DNA from: Amoebidium appalachense
Lineage: Eukaryota > Protista > Ichthyosporea
DNA: 64,000 nucleotides
Assembly: GCA_963693365.1 (NCBI GenBank)
Contig: CAVNZM010000003.1
Coordinates: forward strand, 5,142,472 to 5,206,471
Direction: 5' to 3'
Shown here piece by piece: positions 32,793 to 44,589 of the stretch (position 1 is its first letter; each line of letters begins with the position of its first letter). The translations under genes were made by a program, and so were the position numbers. The notes below the pieces were generated by a model. The model was not told the DNA's origin. It worked only from the letters and a program-made list of their open reading frames with translations, and ran no database searches.

Positions 32793-33856
32793 TTATTTGT
32801 TGGTCTTGAAGTACTCAAGCAGCACATCGACAGCGGGCGAGTGCACACCATAGTCCTTGACAACCACGCAGCTGCAGTTGCGCACCTTGCGAGGGTTGCC
32901 CTCCTTGTCAATCTTGCACAGACCGACCCACTCACCGAGCTTCTTGCCATCATCAACCTGCATGTTCAATGAAGAAAGAGGGGAAAGAAGAAAAGGAGTG
33001 AAGATAGGGGAAAGACGAAAAGGAAAGGGGGGTTGGGGGGGGGGGAGAGGGAAAGGTTAGCAGTTGTAAAGCGGCTGGAGTAGCAAAGAACAGGTGTAGG
33101 TGTAGTGCTCAGTGGTATTATTTGATTCCGGAATGCGCATTTCCTCAGGATTCAGAAGAGGGAGCGCACATTCATCAAAGCACAAAACCAAAACAAATGC
33201 ACAAAACCAAAACAAATGGAAGAGTCCAACTGATCAACCCAAGGTTTTGAACGTCGTGCCATCGCGCGCAGCCAGCAATAAACATGGCATATTTCAAAGA
33301 CAATGACCGAGAGAAGGGGGAAAAACGTACCTGGATGAGGTTGATCTTGTGCTCAGCGCAGAGGGCCTCCACCAGCTGAACGTAGGCGGGCTCGTCGCAG
33401 CTGGACGACAGAACGCAGAGGTGGGCCTGCGCAGAGAACATAGGTAAATAACAGACCCAGGATAGACGGAACAAAGGATACCATAAGATTGTACAGGTCA
33501 TTCTTACTTTTTGGCTGTTGAGTACGGTTCTCAGCATGGATATGCTAAGACTGGGGCGACTCCATTAATCTTTCCCGTACATGTATTCAAAGGCATGCCC
33601 TAACGGGCAAACAAACCAACAAAACTCGTGAGAGGATGTGCTTTTAAGAATGTGGAAAGATGGAATGCTGAGTCATCATTACCTGGCGGCGATCCAGAGC
33701 CTTGGCACCCTCATGGAGACCACGGGCAAGACCGTCGTGGGCGAGGGCGTTCTTGAGGACCACCTGGAGGGCGGTCATGACGTCCATCTTCTCCGTCTCA
33801 ACCACCACGGGGGCGGGGGCGGGAGCCGCGGCAACTTCTTCACCTTCGCCAGACAT
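32793..33856 (-). CDS. RPS12: 40S ribosomal protein S12 (eS12), 144 aa; coding exons 33856-33683, 33426-33331, 32957-32793
   Basis: [41 protein letters not shown]...[40 protein letters not shown]...[10 protein letters not shown]; phase-0 GT-AG introns. Confidence 0.97.
33105..33183 (-). ncRNA. Box C/D snoRNA, SNORD100-like, in the last RPS12 intron
   Basis: Minus strand: GTGC terminal stem, box C TGATGA, guide GCTCCCTCTT + box D' CTGA, box C' TGAGGA, box D CTGA, GCAC. The guide is antisense to the conserved 18S stretch GGAGAGGGAGC. Confidence 0.85.
33522..33580 (-). ncRNA. Possible degenerate C/D snoRNA (SNORD31/snR67-like guide) in an RPS12 intron
   Basis: Minus strand: terminal stem GTACGG/CCGTAC; guide GTCGCCCCAGT antisense to LSU rRNA ACTGGGGCGG, followed by D'-like CTTA; box D CTGA. 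Box C is degenerate (AAGATTA). Confidence 0.4.
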
Positions 33857-34131
33857 TTTCTGCAAACGCAAAGAAAAAACTTTGTTAATTCTGGACCGAT
33901 TTAACAAAGGAGAGTTGAAATAAGAGGCAGACAAACCAGCGGGTAAGAGTAGTCGATGAGTCGTGTAACCAAGTGTTTAAGGGACTAGGTTGGAAGAAAC
34001 GCGCTAAAGCAACGAAAGGTGTATCGGTGGAGATAGATGAAAGACGGATGCCGGCGGATGGAGTAGAAAAACATCAGGATTGAGATTGTCTCCAGGGGCG
34101 TGGTAGTCCGAAATGTAGAGAAAACACACAC

Positions 34132-34200
34132 CTATAGCCTGTCGCTCAAAGCTGCTGGGGAAAAGGAAGTCAGAAGGCACCAAATGCCTTTTTTATACTT
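34132..34200 (-). promoter_or_regulatory. RPS12 non-coding first exon with 5'TOP-like start and upstream TATA
   Basis: Minus strand TATAAAA near 34197-34191, then CTTCCTTTTCCCC from about 34169, and donor TAG|GTGTGT at 34132/34131; acceptor CAG|AAAATG at 33859. Confidence 0.7.
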
Positions 34201-35379
34201 TTTGTTAGCACGTGCGCAGATCGGTTTTACCCATTTTGGCCAATAAGAAATAAGCAGCTCATGTTTTTGTTGCGTTCCGATCCAATGAAAAATCTATCTA
34301 AACACCGATTGGATAAATCTTTGAATGGCAGGGCCCCCCAAGACTCCTTTTATGGGGCGTGATCACATTTGCGCCTTCATGTAATCGCTATTGTTGATTG
34401 TTGAATATTCTCGACAAAGCCTTCAGAAACTTTATACCGTGTAATATATCAAGCTCCCTAAGCATTTTCAATTTTAAGAGTAAATTTTGTACACTTTTTG
34501 AATTAATTTCGTTGATTAATACCGCTTAAATGTTACGAGTTTTTCTAAGTTTTTATGTAAATCTTGGGACCCTGGATCGACAGTCACACGAACAGGTTGT
34601 GGGAGGCCAGGCCCTGCGTTAGGAAAAACACGATAAACAGAAACCCTGTATGTATGGTACATATAGGCGCACTATATGGCGGTGCATACGTATAAATGTA
34701 TATTATTGTTGTTGCACGTAAACACATACATATGGCTGGCTGCAAATACAAAATGTATTCGAGGACCTCGGGATTTCTCCGGAGGGCGCATGCACGTGTA
34801 CATGCTTGCCGTGCACGTGCATCATGCATTTAAATGGTGGAAGGCACAATATTAATGGTGGTGTTACACGCTTTAGTGTGTGCCATTTCCTGGAGCAGGC
34901 CATGCATATGCAAATATGTGCACATATCATTATGTACGTAAACCACACGTGCACGTAAACATTAAACATGCATATTGCGTATACGCATGAGCTGCAACTG
35001 GAATATATTGTAAGCCTACGCGTTGTGCACACACAAGATCTAGAGAGAGTGGCTGAATCACTGATCATGGCTCCTGCGCGCCTGCACATATTGCACGCGC
35101 TGCACACCACGCACACACGGGACACAGCTGCGTGACCCCCACGCATCATCATTCTTAGGCACAGTGGCATGCAATGAGCCGTTGATGGGTCTCAAGTTGT
35201 TTTTATGGTGCTTGAATCACTACCTGTTTCGAATCCTGTTCAGGATCCTATTGGTGGCATGTTGAACAATTAGAACCAGCACTTGCAACAAGCCAAGGCT
35301 AGCTTCGCCCTACTTTTGGGGAAGTTCTCAGGCAAAAATGGTTGGTTATAAGGTTGGCACCGTTCTGCTCACACCATTT

Positions 35380-35420
35380 TGATTGGTAGCTGACGTGACG
35401 TGAAAAGCTATATAAATACC
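35380..35420 (+). promoter_or_regulatory. Probable promoter of the RGS-PAS gene, divergent from RPS12
   Basis: ATTGG (inverted CCAAT), TGACGTGACGTG and TATATAAA cluster upstream of candidate exon 35977-36072. Confidence 0.5.
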
Positions 35421-36793
35421 TCCTTGCGGGTTCCTTGCAGACAATAACACGTTTTTTCGTCCTACTTAGCATTCCTTTGCAGTTGACCAACCCTTCCATC
35501 CTTTTCTGACAGTTTTCTACGGGTGATAACAATTCGAAAGAACATACATGCCAGAATGTGAACCGTGGACGGAGCTAGGCAATGTGTCATCTGTGAGCCT
35601 TCTGTGGCTTCTAGCATGACACGCGCACATTCTTTTCAGAAAATCAAGTTGAAGGGAACCGTGACTCGATTGTACAAAACCCCTCACAGATCTTAAAAGC
35701 GTGTGTCAAACAGCTGTTCCTTTGTTCAGAGTAAGACGAACGAATATTGGGATACAGTAGTAAAGTATTGTAATAGTTTTTTGATCAACTTGGCAAAGTA
35801 CCTTGTGCATTACTCTGCCCTTACACCTTAACCCTTTTTTAATTGAAAGCCACATTATAATTTTTCCACGTTGCACTTCTTTTCAACTTCTACCAAAGAC
35901 AAAACTCGACAACATTGCCATGTGTGTTAAGTAAAACTTTGAAAACGAATGTCACTTCTTTTTTTCCTTTCTTCAGGACCTGCACATGTTCGTCTACACA
36001 CGACGACACTCTTCAACCGGGGTGGTCTCTTCATCAGCAACGAAAGAAAGCAACTGCTAATGACATATACAAGGTAGCAGCCCTGTCTTCTCCTTTTCTC
36101 CTTCCTCTTTTTCGTTTTGTCTACTTCCGCAAAAGTTTTCAAAATTTAGTGCGAAAAAGATGAGGGGTTGGGGTGGGTGCCAATAACTTTTTTCTGTTGA
36201 ACTTGCTTCTGAGATTTTCAGCATATGCTGTATTTTTCTTGCTCTACGTGCTCTCTCCTCTAGACTTCATTGCCCTTCCATCTATATCATACATACTTGT
36301 ACTTTTTTTTTTGCCCCACATCACGCACATGAACCGTTTTGCGCAAAATCGAAAAACCCACGAGCCTTTTTTTTTTTCTTTTTTTTTTTTTTTTTTCCCG
36401 AAACAAAAGAATCACCAGCTTGTATGTAACCTGTGTGAAGGGTTGTTTGTTTTTGTTTGGCAGTTTTGCTTGGCGAGCAGAAGCGGTAACGAAAAGGAAA
36501 AGTGTAAATCTCAGATGATACCGGAAATTTAATGGGTACAAAAGCAAGCCCTTTTATCTCCTCTGTCTGACTCCCTGATTTGCACAAGGATTTTGTGTGT
36601 TGTTACTCATGATATTCTATGACCGATGTATGCACGCATCAACGTGCCCGTGTGTGCACGCACACACACACTCTCTCGTTCTCATACACATAAAGCACAC
36701 TCGCAAACGCAAGTACCACGTGCTCACACACACACAGGCACACCGCACACACACACACACACAGACAAACTGACAAACACACACGCGCACACG

Positions 36794-36846
<53 letters not shown>

Positions 36847-36948
36847 ACACACACAAGGAGACAGAGGTATTGCGTGTGTGTTTCAACGGTCTGTGCGCCT
36901 GTATAACAGAGGGGGGGGGGGGGGAAGAGGGGGGGGGGGGGGGAGGGC

Positions 36949-37018
<70 letters not shown>

Positions 37019-37395
37019 GGGAGGGAGGGAGGGAGGGAGGGAGGGTGCGCTGGGGAGAGCTAGAGAGATAGAGGGAGAAAGGGAGAGAGGGAAAGAGGGG
37101 GAGCGGAAGGAAGAGCAGGGGACTCCGAGGAGGGAGGAAGGGAGGGTATGTGTGTGTGTGTGTGGGTGTGTAGGTGTATGGGGGGGAGGGGGGAGGAGGG
37201 AGAAGAGAAGGAGAATTAAAGGGGGGGAGGGGAAGGGGGGGGGGGGGGGGGGGGGAAGGGAGGGAGAATTTGTGTGTTTGTGTGTGCGTGCGCGTGTATG
37301 TGCGATACACCTACCCATTTTCATTCACTGACAATGTCCCCTCCCCCCCCCCCCCCCCCTTCCCCCCTCTACCCTCTTTCCCCCTGTTTCTACAG

Positions 37396-38790
37396 GGCGC
37401 ATACGTGAATTTTTTACAAATCGTCATGTTGTTCTTCAGATGCCCATTGTGGTCTTCGGGCCCCGGGCCCATCGGGCGAATCCCTGGCAAGCACCAAAAT
37501 CGGATTATCCCAACAAATATACCGGAATCTGCTACATCTCCACTGCAGAACACCTCGAGTTTCTCAACAAGTATACCGGCATTTAAGTCCCTATGCACGT
37601 TGAAAAGCAAAAGCAACACGTCAAATCAGGTAAAAAAGCGACGCTCCCGATTGGGCCATCCACCCACCCGCCCAGGGATGGCGCAAATTCAAAATTTCGT
37701 ATCGGAGGCGACAGTATTGTACCGTACAGAATCCCTTCTCCTGATACTAGATCAAGACGAGGGCCGGGAGGAATATTACCGTTTTTTGCGCCGGGAATAC
37801 AACGAAGAGATTTTCCTTTTCTGGCAGTCGGTCGACACCATGCACCAGGCGCACTCCCCTAACCAGCTCATCCGATTGGCTCGCTTGTGTTTTGAACGTT
37901 TTCTTCGCCCGGGCGCCGAGATGGAATTAAACCCAGCCCTCGTGGTTCACCATCTCCAACATATACGACAACTCCCAATACTCGCGCCGGAAAACGCACG
38001 GACGGACGATTCCGATTGGTCTGCGGAGGAGGTGGAAGAGATGAAAACAGCCTTGTTTGGTGCACAGAGCGACGTGCTCGATATCATGTCAGTCGACATT
38101 CTCCCCCGCTTTGTCCGCTCGTCGTGTTTTGCCACGTTCGTCCGACGGGTTTCCGGTTCCGGTTCGTGGTGTTCCGCCTTGGGACACCACAGCTTCTCGG
38201 AATTCACCAATCAGAATTCATCGGCGACGTCTTCGGATTCAACGATTGGTAGTTGGATGCGAAGCAGCAAAAGCAGCCCCGCATTCCCCGGCCTCCCCTC
38301 CCACCGCCTTCCCCCCTGCGCGTGGTTGCAACTTCTCGTGGGGGTGAGCGATGTGTTCCCATTTCCTTTTTTGGTTATTGAGAACACCACGGATCGTCCA
38401 ATCGAAGCGCGCGAACAGTCATGCAGCCAATCGTTTTGCGACACCGATTTCCCCATCATTTTCAGCAACGAGGCGTTTTCCGAATGGCAAAAATCCGGTG
38501 ATTTCCAACCCTGGCAGTCGGTTCTGTCGTTATGGGGTGTTGGCGAGTCGCAGACGAGGAAGCGGGTGTCGAGTTGTCTGCAAGCAGGGTGTGAAACTAC
38601 GGAAATTGTGTCGAAACCTCGGGAAAATGGAAATTCCGGTGAATATGCCATGATTCTCAGGCCGGTGTTTGTTGGGAAAGCGTGTCCGTTTTACGTGGGT
38701 TTTGTGTTCGAAACGAAGGGAAGACACGCTGTGTACCTGGCCGGCCTGGAGACACTTATGGGGCATCTACCAATGGCGTTGCTTGTTTAA
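37396..38790 (+). CDS. RGS-domain protein with a C-terminal PAS/LOV-like domain (main exon; start uncertain, exon 35977-36072 splices in frame)
   Basis: RGS signature ILDQDEGREEYYRFLRREYNEEIFLFW...CFERFLRPGAEMELN...AQSDVLDIMSVDILPRFVRS; PAS-like DFPIIFSNEAF...RENG...MILRPVF...FYVGF; acceptor CTACAG at 37395. Confidence 0.8.
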   Translation, partial: GAYVNFLQIVMLFFRCPLWSSGPGPIGRIPGKHQNRIIPTNIPESATSPLQNTSSFSTSIPAFKSLCTLKSKSNTSNQVKKRRSRLGHPPTRPGMAQIQNFVSEATVLYRTESLLLILDQDEGREEYYRFLRREYNEEIFLFWQSVDTMHQAHSPNQLIRLARLCFERFLRPGAEMELNPALVVHHLQHIRQLPILAPENARTDDSDWSAEEVEEMKTALFGAQSDVLDIMSVDILPRFVRSSCFATFVRRVSGSGSWCSALGHHSFSEFTNQNSSATSSDSTIGSWMRSSKSSPAFPGLPSHRLPPCAWLQLLVGVSDVFPFPFLVIENTTDRPIEAREQSCSQSFCDTDFPIIFSNEAFSEWQKSGDFQPWQSVLSLWGVGESQTRKRVSSCLQAGCETTEIVSKPRENGNSGEYAMILRPVFVGKACPFYVGFVFETKGRHAVYLAGLETLMGHLPMALLV

Positions 38791-39802
38791 ACTTTTAACG
38801 TAAGTTTTAATATGCTTTTTAAGTGCTGTACCTGTAAATATAGAACAACTATATATGGTTCAGTAACACACACATATGGTGTTAATCCCATACATTATGT
38901 GTGACTGAACACTTTTTGCGACAGTTTTTCTCCTCAGAAACGCAGCACGTGTTTTTGTGTTTCATTCCGTAATTTCTGTAAATATTTCCGGTTACACGTG
39001 TCTGTATGTTACGCGCGCCAGTCTGTGAATACTGGTTTTTTTCCCGATGAGACTGACGTGGTTTTTATCATTTGTGCAAAAAAATCACACATAACCCAAC
39101 ATTTTCTCAAAACATAGTGATTGAAACCCGTTTCCACTCGTGTTTGTCTGGGGATGTCCTTTGATGAATTGACTGCTTGTGTTAATCACCATTCATTTTT
39201 CATTACAAGGTATTTTCCCGGCAGAATTAATATATATATGCGCGAAAGTTACTATGAATTTTTGCTATGGAAGAAAGAAAGCAATACACAATTTCTTGAT
39301 GTGGCGTTTATGCCTTAAACTTCTGGCTCTTAGCAAAGTTTCCGGTAAATTGTCCAATGATTATGCCCATATTATCTGTAGGCCAATCGAGCCGATCTCT
39401 ATTCAATCTATTCAGTACAACATGATTAATAGAAGAAAACCATGAAAACCTGAGCCTTCATCCACTACAAACCATCAATGCCCCTCCCTCCCTCCCTCCC
39501 CTCCCTCCCCCCCCCCCCCCTTCTTTATATATTCATATCCCCCCCCCTCCCCCCCCCCCAATCACCACCACCACCCACTCCCTAGTCCCACCCCTTTCTC
39601 CTTTCTGTCCTTCCCCTCCTGCACCGCCCACTTTCCGGATCCCTTCACACTTCTTTTTGCTACCCCGTAAACCCCCCTCAACTCTCTTACCCCATATCAT
39701 ATCATGATGCCCCTCTTATCTTTCTCTCGTTCTCCCCTCTCACCTTCCCCCCTCCCCCCCCCTTCTCTTTCCCTCTCTGTGTCTCTTTCTCTCTGTCTCT
39801 TC

Positions 39803-39840
<38 letters not shown>

Positions 39841-40429
39841 ATCCTCCCCATTTTTTTCTGAGGCCTACCCAAGTCCCCACCTTCCCGAACACTTTCCCGA
39901 TCTCTCTTACTCACCACCTATCCCATTCCCCCAAACCCCAACCCGGGCCAGTTATGTGATCACACCCGTCCCTATTTAGCCCCAAGAATCATACTTAGTC
40001 AGTATTCATTGTCTCCTGGACCACTCCAGCCCCACACCGTTTGTCCCATGATTCGGATCCAGCCCTCCTTCCCCACCTTTCCCCCCCTTCCTGCCCTGCC
40101 CCCCCCCCCCCCCCCCCTCCCCCTCTCCCCCCTCCCCCCCCCCCCCCCCCCCCCTCCCCCCCCCCCCCGGGAATCCCGTCGCCGCTGCCGCCACTGCCCT
40201 TCTTCGCCGTTCCCTCCCGTCCAATCCCCTCTCTGTTTCTTCAGTCGTTCCCCTGCATATCCAATTTTGGTCATCTCACCCCCGCATGTCACCTAGCCTC
40301 CTTCAACTCACCCCCCCCCCCCTCCCCCCCCCCCCCCCTCTCTCCCCACCCTCTCTCTTCCCTCCCCCCCCCCCCCCCCTCCCCCTTTGCCGATTTGACT
40401 TTAAATTTGCTGTTGTTCTCAAATCTGCT

Positions 40430-40710
40430 AGCCTCAAAAGGAATTAATGGGGGATCAATTTCGATTCTGGTTTTTGCTCAAGCGATCACAGCAACCTGTG
40501 CAATCCAGATGTATTTGTATAAGATGTATCTGGTTGTAAAAGGCACAGAAAGAATGTAAGTTATGAGATATGTGTGGCTTATTCCACACACACACACCAC
40601 AAGCACGCGCTCACACGTACACACACACATACACGTACACACAAACGTGCACGTCACACACACACACACCGTCACACACACACACACACACCGTCACACA
40701 CACACGCACA

Positions 40711-40784
<74 letters not shown>

Positions 40785-41082
40785 CTCGCATGGAAACATG
40801 CTTATATCATCATGTCACTGAGTATAAGAACACACGTACATACACACATGCACATGCATAACACGCAGGCACACCATGGGCCACATGTGTGCCGACACAT
40901 ACACACAAAAAAATACGCTCACAGTAACACACAAATGATACAGGACTGCTGAAAACTGCATACATTTACACACGCACCGTCGAAGTGCACTCTCTGTCTT
41001 TTTTTGCTGCCCACTCCCAGTTACTATGCCCCTAGACCCTAAGGCCCCTATCTAAAGACGCCTGTATGGAATATACCCCCCC

Positions 41083-41115
<33 letters not shown>

Positions 41116-43450
41116 TTATTTCTCCCATCCCTCACCCACTTTCCCCCCGATTCTCAACCATCCTTTTTTTCTGTTCTACACCCCCGCCCCACCACCACCA
41201 CCGCCGCCGCCACCAACACCACCTTTCTACACACTCTCTCCTTTTCTCCATCTCTCCCTCTTCTGCCCTTTCTCTTTCTCTCTCTCGGGTCCCCCCCCCT
41301 CCCCCCCTCTCTCCAGCCCCAACCCCCCCCCCCGTCCCCAATCCTTCTATTAATCCCCAAATATGTTTAAATATTTTCCCCTCTTCCTCTCCCACAACCA
41401 TCCCACCCCTCCCGGTAACCGACACCCATTAGCACCCCCTCCCCCTCTTCCCCCCTCCCCCCCCCTCCCCCCTCCCCCCCCTTTTCCTTTCCTCCCCCCC
41501 CTCCCCCCCCCCCCCTTCTCCCCCCGGCCACCCGCTAAGTCATCCTTTTTTTTTCCATGCAGCCCATATGATTCCCTCCCATGCCATCCCACTCCCCAAC
41601 CATCTTTTTCTCACAACCGCCTTTTCTCCCTTTTATATTAATATTTTTATCACCCATTTGAGACCCAAAGATATCGCCAGGCTATCATGTCTTCCATTTG
41701 AATCTGCCAACACCCTTAGGCAGGTTGATAAACCTATATCAGAGTCTCAATATAACTATACATTCTTACTAACGGTAAGTATAAGTTTTCTCCCAGCCTA
41801 TGAGGACCCAACCACATCGGCAGAGTCAACTTGCAAAAGGCAGGATTGTTCTGCAAAAGCAGAATCACTCTGCTTTTAGCAGAATTATTCTGCTTTAAGC
41901 AAAATTATTTATTCCGCAAAAAGCAGACTGCTTTCAACAACAGAATAATTCTGCTTTTAGCAGAGAATGGTTCTGCTTTTTGCAGATTGATTCTGATTTT
42001 AGCAGATTGATCCTGCTTTTGCAGAATAATTTTCCTTTTAGCAGAATGATTCTGCTTTTTGCAGAAAACTTATGCTTTTGCAGAATAATTCTACGCTCTA
42101 CAGAATAATTCTGCTTTTTGCAGAATAATTCTTCTCGGAGCAAGTTGACTCAGCCGATGTGGTTGGGCCCTCCTATGGTCCTCAGCTCTCCGAGTCCTTC
42201 CCTTGAACTCTCCCTCCACCTCCCTCCCGCCAACCCCCTTTTACCCCTATGCTCTCCCCCCCTCCCCCGAAACACACACACACGCACACACACACACACA
42301 CACACACACCCCTACACACACACAATCACATCCACACTTACACACACACACACTTTCTTGTGCAACACAAATGCCTCCTCCTCCTATTAGCCCCCCCCCC
42401 CCCCCCCCCCCCCCCCCCTTGCCTACCTTCCCCTTCCTTCCCTTTCAGAGTCCACCCACCCCTTCCACCTTCACCGTCATCCCCTTCACCATGGCCACCC
42501 TCCTTTCCTTTGTATTCTAAAAAAATCAACTTTTTTCCTCCTCTATCCAGGCAGTCATTTTCCGCACTCCTATCAACTCACCCCCCCGACCACACAACAA
42601 ATCCATCCCCCCTCCCCTCCCCCCCCCCCCTTTTCTCCCTCTCCGCCCCTGCACCTCCCCACACACAACACCTCCTCCCCACCCTCAACCCCCCTCCCCC
42701 CCCCCCCTCCCCCCCTCCCCCCCCCCCTCCCCTCCTCCCCCCCCCTCCCTCCCCCCCCCCTCCTCCCCAATACTTTCATCAAAAATAAATCCAACAACAA
42801 CACCCACAACCACAATAATAGCGAGTCATTATTAATATCACAATGTCATTATGATACTGCAAATGATGAGTACTATGTGATAATACTATATGTTGTTTCT
42901 CAAATATTAAAGGGCGCATCTTTAAGGGAAATGGGGGGACGGGCCAGACCCGAAAGCGTTTCACGGTATGTGATTGACGTGATGTGCATCAAACAGTATT
43001 CTGACCCTGACCCGAAAGGGCATATAAATCGGCCTTAAAGATGCATTATTTACGAACAACCGCAATGAAACATAGTACTACTACAAGTAATAACTCCAAT
43101 GCCATAAAAAGAGTAATACCAAGATTAACATTACTAAACAATGCAGGCCTCAAGCACCTATTCTGGCTGTAGCAGCATGGCTGGTTACTACACGCAAGCT
43201 ATGTGGGCAAAAACAATGCGTGTGGGGTGTGGTTACAACGCAAAACCAAAAATCCACTGTGTGCAACTACTATTCCACCGGAAATATCCAGGCCTAGGGA
43301 AATTGATATGTGGCAAATTACGGACCCCTCCTGTCGCGATTGTGCAAGTTTCTGGGGGGATGCAACAACTTGCACTGACGATGGGCTCTGCTTCGATGGA
43401 TCCGTAGCTGATGGTGAAAAATCCCCCCTCCCCCCCCCGCCCCCTCTACA
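40430..43450 (+). pseudogene. CAP/SCP/PR-1 family gene fragments (copy 1), frameshifted
   Basis: 43147-43400 reads GYYTQAMWAKTMRVGCGY, then in other frames STVCNYYSTGN and CRDC...TTCTDDGLCF. Weaker upstream CAP-like pieces lie near 40460 (FAQAITATC) and 41750 (ESQYNY). Confidence 0.6.
41802..42172. mobile_element. Non-autonomous DNA transposon (MITE), Sola2-like, filled with a palindromic minisatellite
   Basis: 33-bp TIRs GAGGACCCAACCACATCGGCAGAGTCAACTTGC / GCAAGTTGACTCAGCCGATGTGGTTGGGCCCTC (2 mismatches); 4-bp TSD CTAT (41798-41801, 42173-42176); GAG...CTC termini; internal about 20-bp units GCAGAATAATTCTGCTTTT. Confidence 0.85.
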
Positions 43451-43754
43451 ACCTCCGGCCCCTCCCCTTTCCCCCCAGTTTCAAGCTATTCGATATTGGA
43501 AATGTAATAATTATGATCTTTACTAAACACGGCTCACCAGCATTTCTGTTATTGCTAACGTTACTGTCATGGTCACGGTTTCATCATGAATCTAAGTTAC
43601 CAAATGAAAGGTTTTAATAATTTTAAATCTGCATATTGGCACCATGTGTCGTATTTGATGGGGGTTTGCAGTGGTGTTTTCTCTTTTCCTCCAACTACCC
43701 CCCCTCCCTCCCTCCCTCCCCCTTCCCCCTCCCCTCCCCCCCTCCCCCCGGCCC

Positions 43755-43861
43755 CCCCTTGACGATGGGCTCTGCTTCGCATGCATGCCTTTTTTGTGTG
43801 GTTTGCAGTCTGCACTGTGTTGTCTTGAATGTGTACTCCATACACTGCAGCACATGCTGAT
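43755..43861 (+). mobile_element. Diverged copy of the poly(C)-anchored element
   Basis: GATGGGCTCTGCTT...ATGCATGCCTTTTTGTGTGGTTTGCAGTCTGCACTGTGTTGTC aligns with 18102-18163; C-runs on both sides. Confidence 0.7.
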
Positions 43862-44589
43862 CCCCCCCCCCCCCCCCCCTCTCCCCCCCCTCCTCCCCCC
43901 CCCACCCCCCCCCCCCCCCTCCTCCCCCCCCCCCCCCCCCCCCCCCCCCCCACCCTCGTCCCAACCACCCTCCCCCCCATCCCCTTCCCTTTTATGGAAG
44001 GTACGAAAAAAAGGGAGACGCCATAAAGATAAAACTTGATTTTAAATTCCTCAGAGATCAAATGCCAAACGGGGAAAGACCTATCCACCACTTTTAAATT
44101 CATCCGGCTCGCTTATGGTTGGTACCTCATAACCATTGGGAGCCCATTTACCCTTCTCCTTTACCGCAAGGCAAAACACGACCCTCCCTCGATCTTCCCC
44201 CCTGCTCCCATCGTTCTCACTCCCCTCCCCCCCCCCCTCCCCACCCCTTCCTACCCCCCCCCCCCCCCCCCCCCCCCCGCAAACCCCCAACCCGCCAACG
44301 GTTGTTGCATATCCTGTGTGTACGGTTTGGAATGTACCCCCCCCCCCCCCCCCTCCCTCCCACCCCAATCCCCCCCCCCCCCTCCCTCCACCCCAATCCC
44401 CCCCCCCCCCCTCCCCTCCACCCCAATCCCCCCCCCCCCCCCCCCCCAAAAAAAAAAAAAAAAAAAAAGTGACGGGGGTATGGAATATGGGGGGGGGTGG
44501 GGGTGGGGTGGGGGGGGGGGGAGGGGGGTTGCTGAAAAATTAATTATCAAGATCAGCAACTCCACCACACTGTCCAACAATCCGCACCC

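Noticed and set aside
33522-33580. Type II hammerhead fold in the RPS12 intron (minus strand GG-GAAA...CTGAGAA-CC)
   Set aside because: The core lacks G8 and stem I does not close; the rRNA-antisense guide fits a snoRNA origin better.
41840-42135. CRISPR-like array of palindromic repeats
   Set aside because: Units are contiguous with no unique spacers, no cas genes, a eukaryotic context, and the array lies inside a TIR/TSD element.
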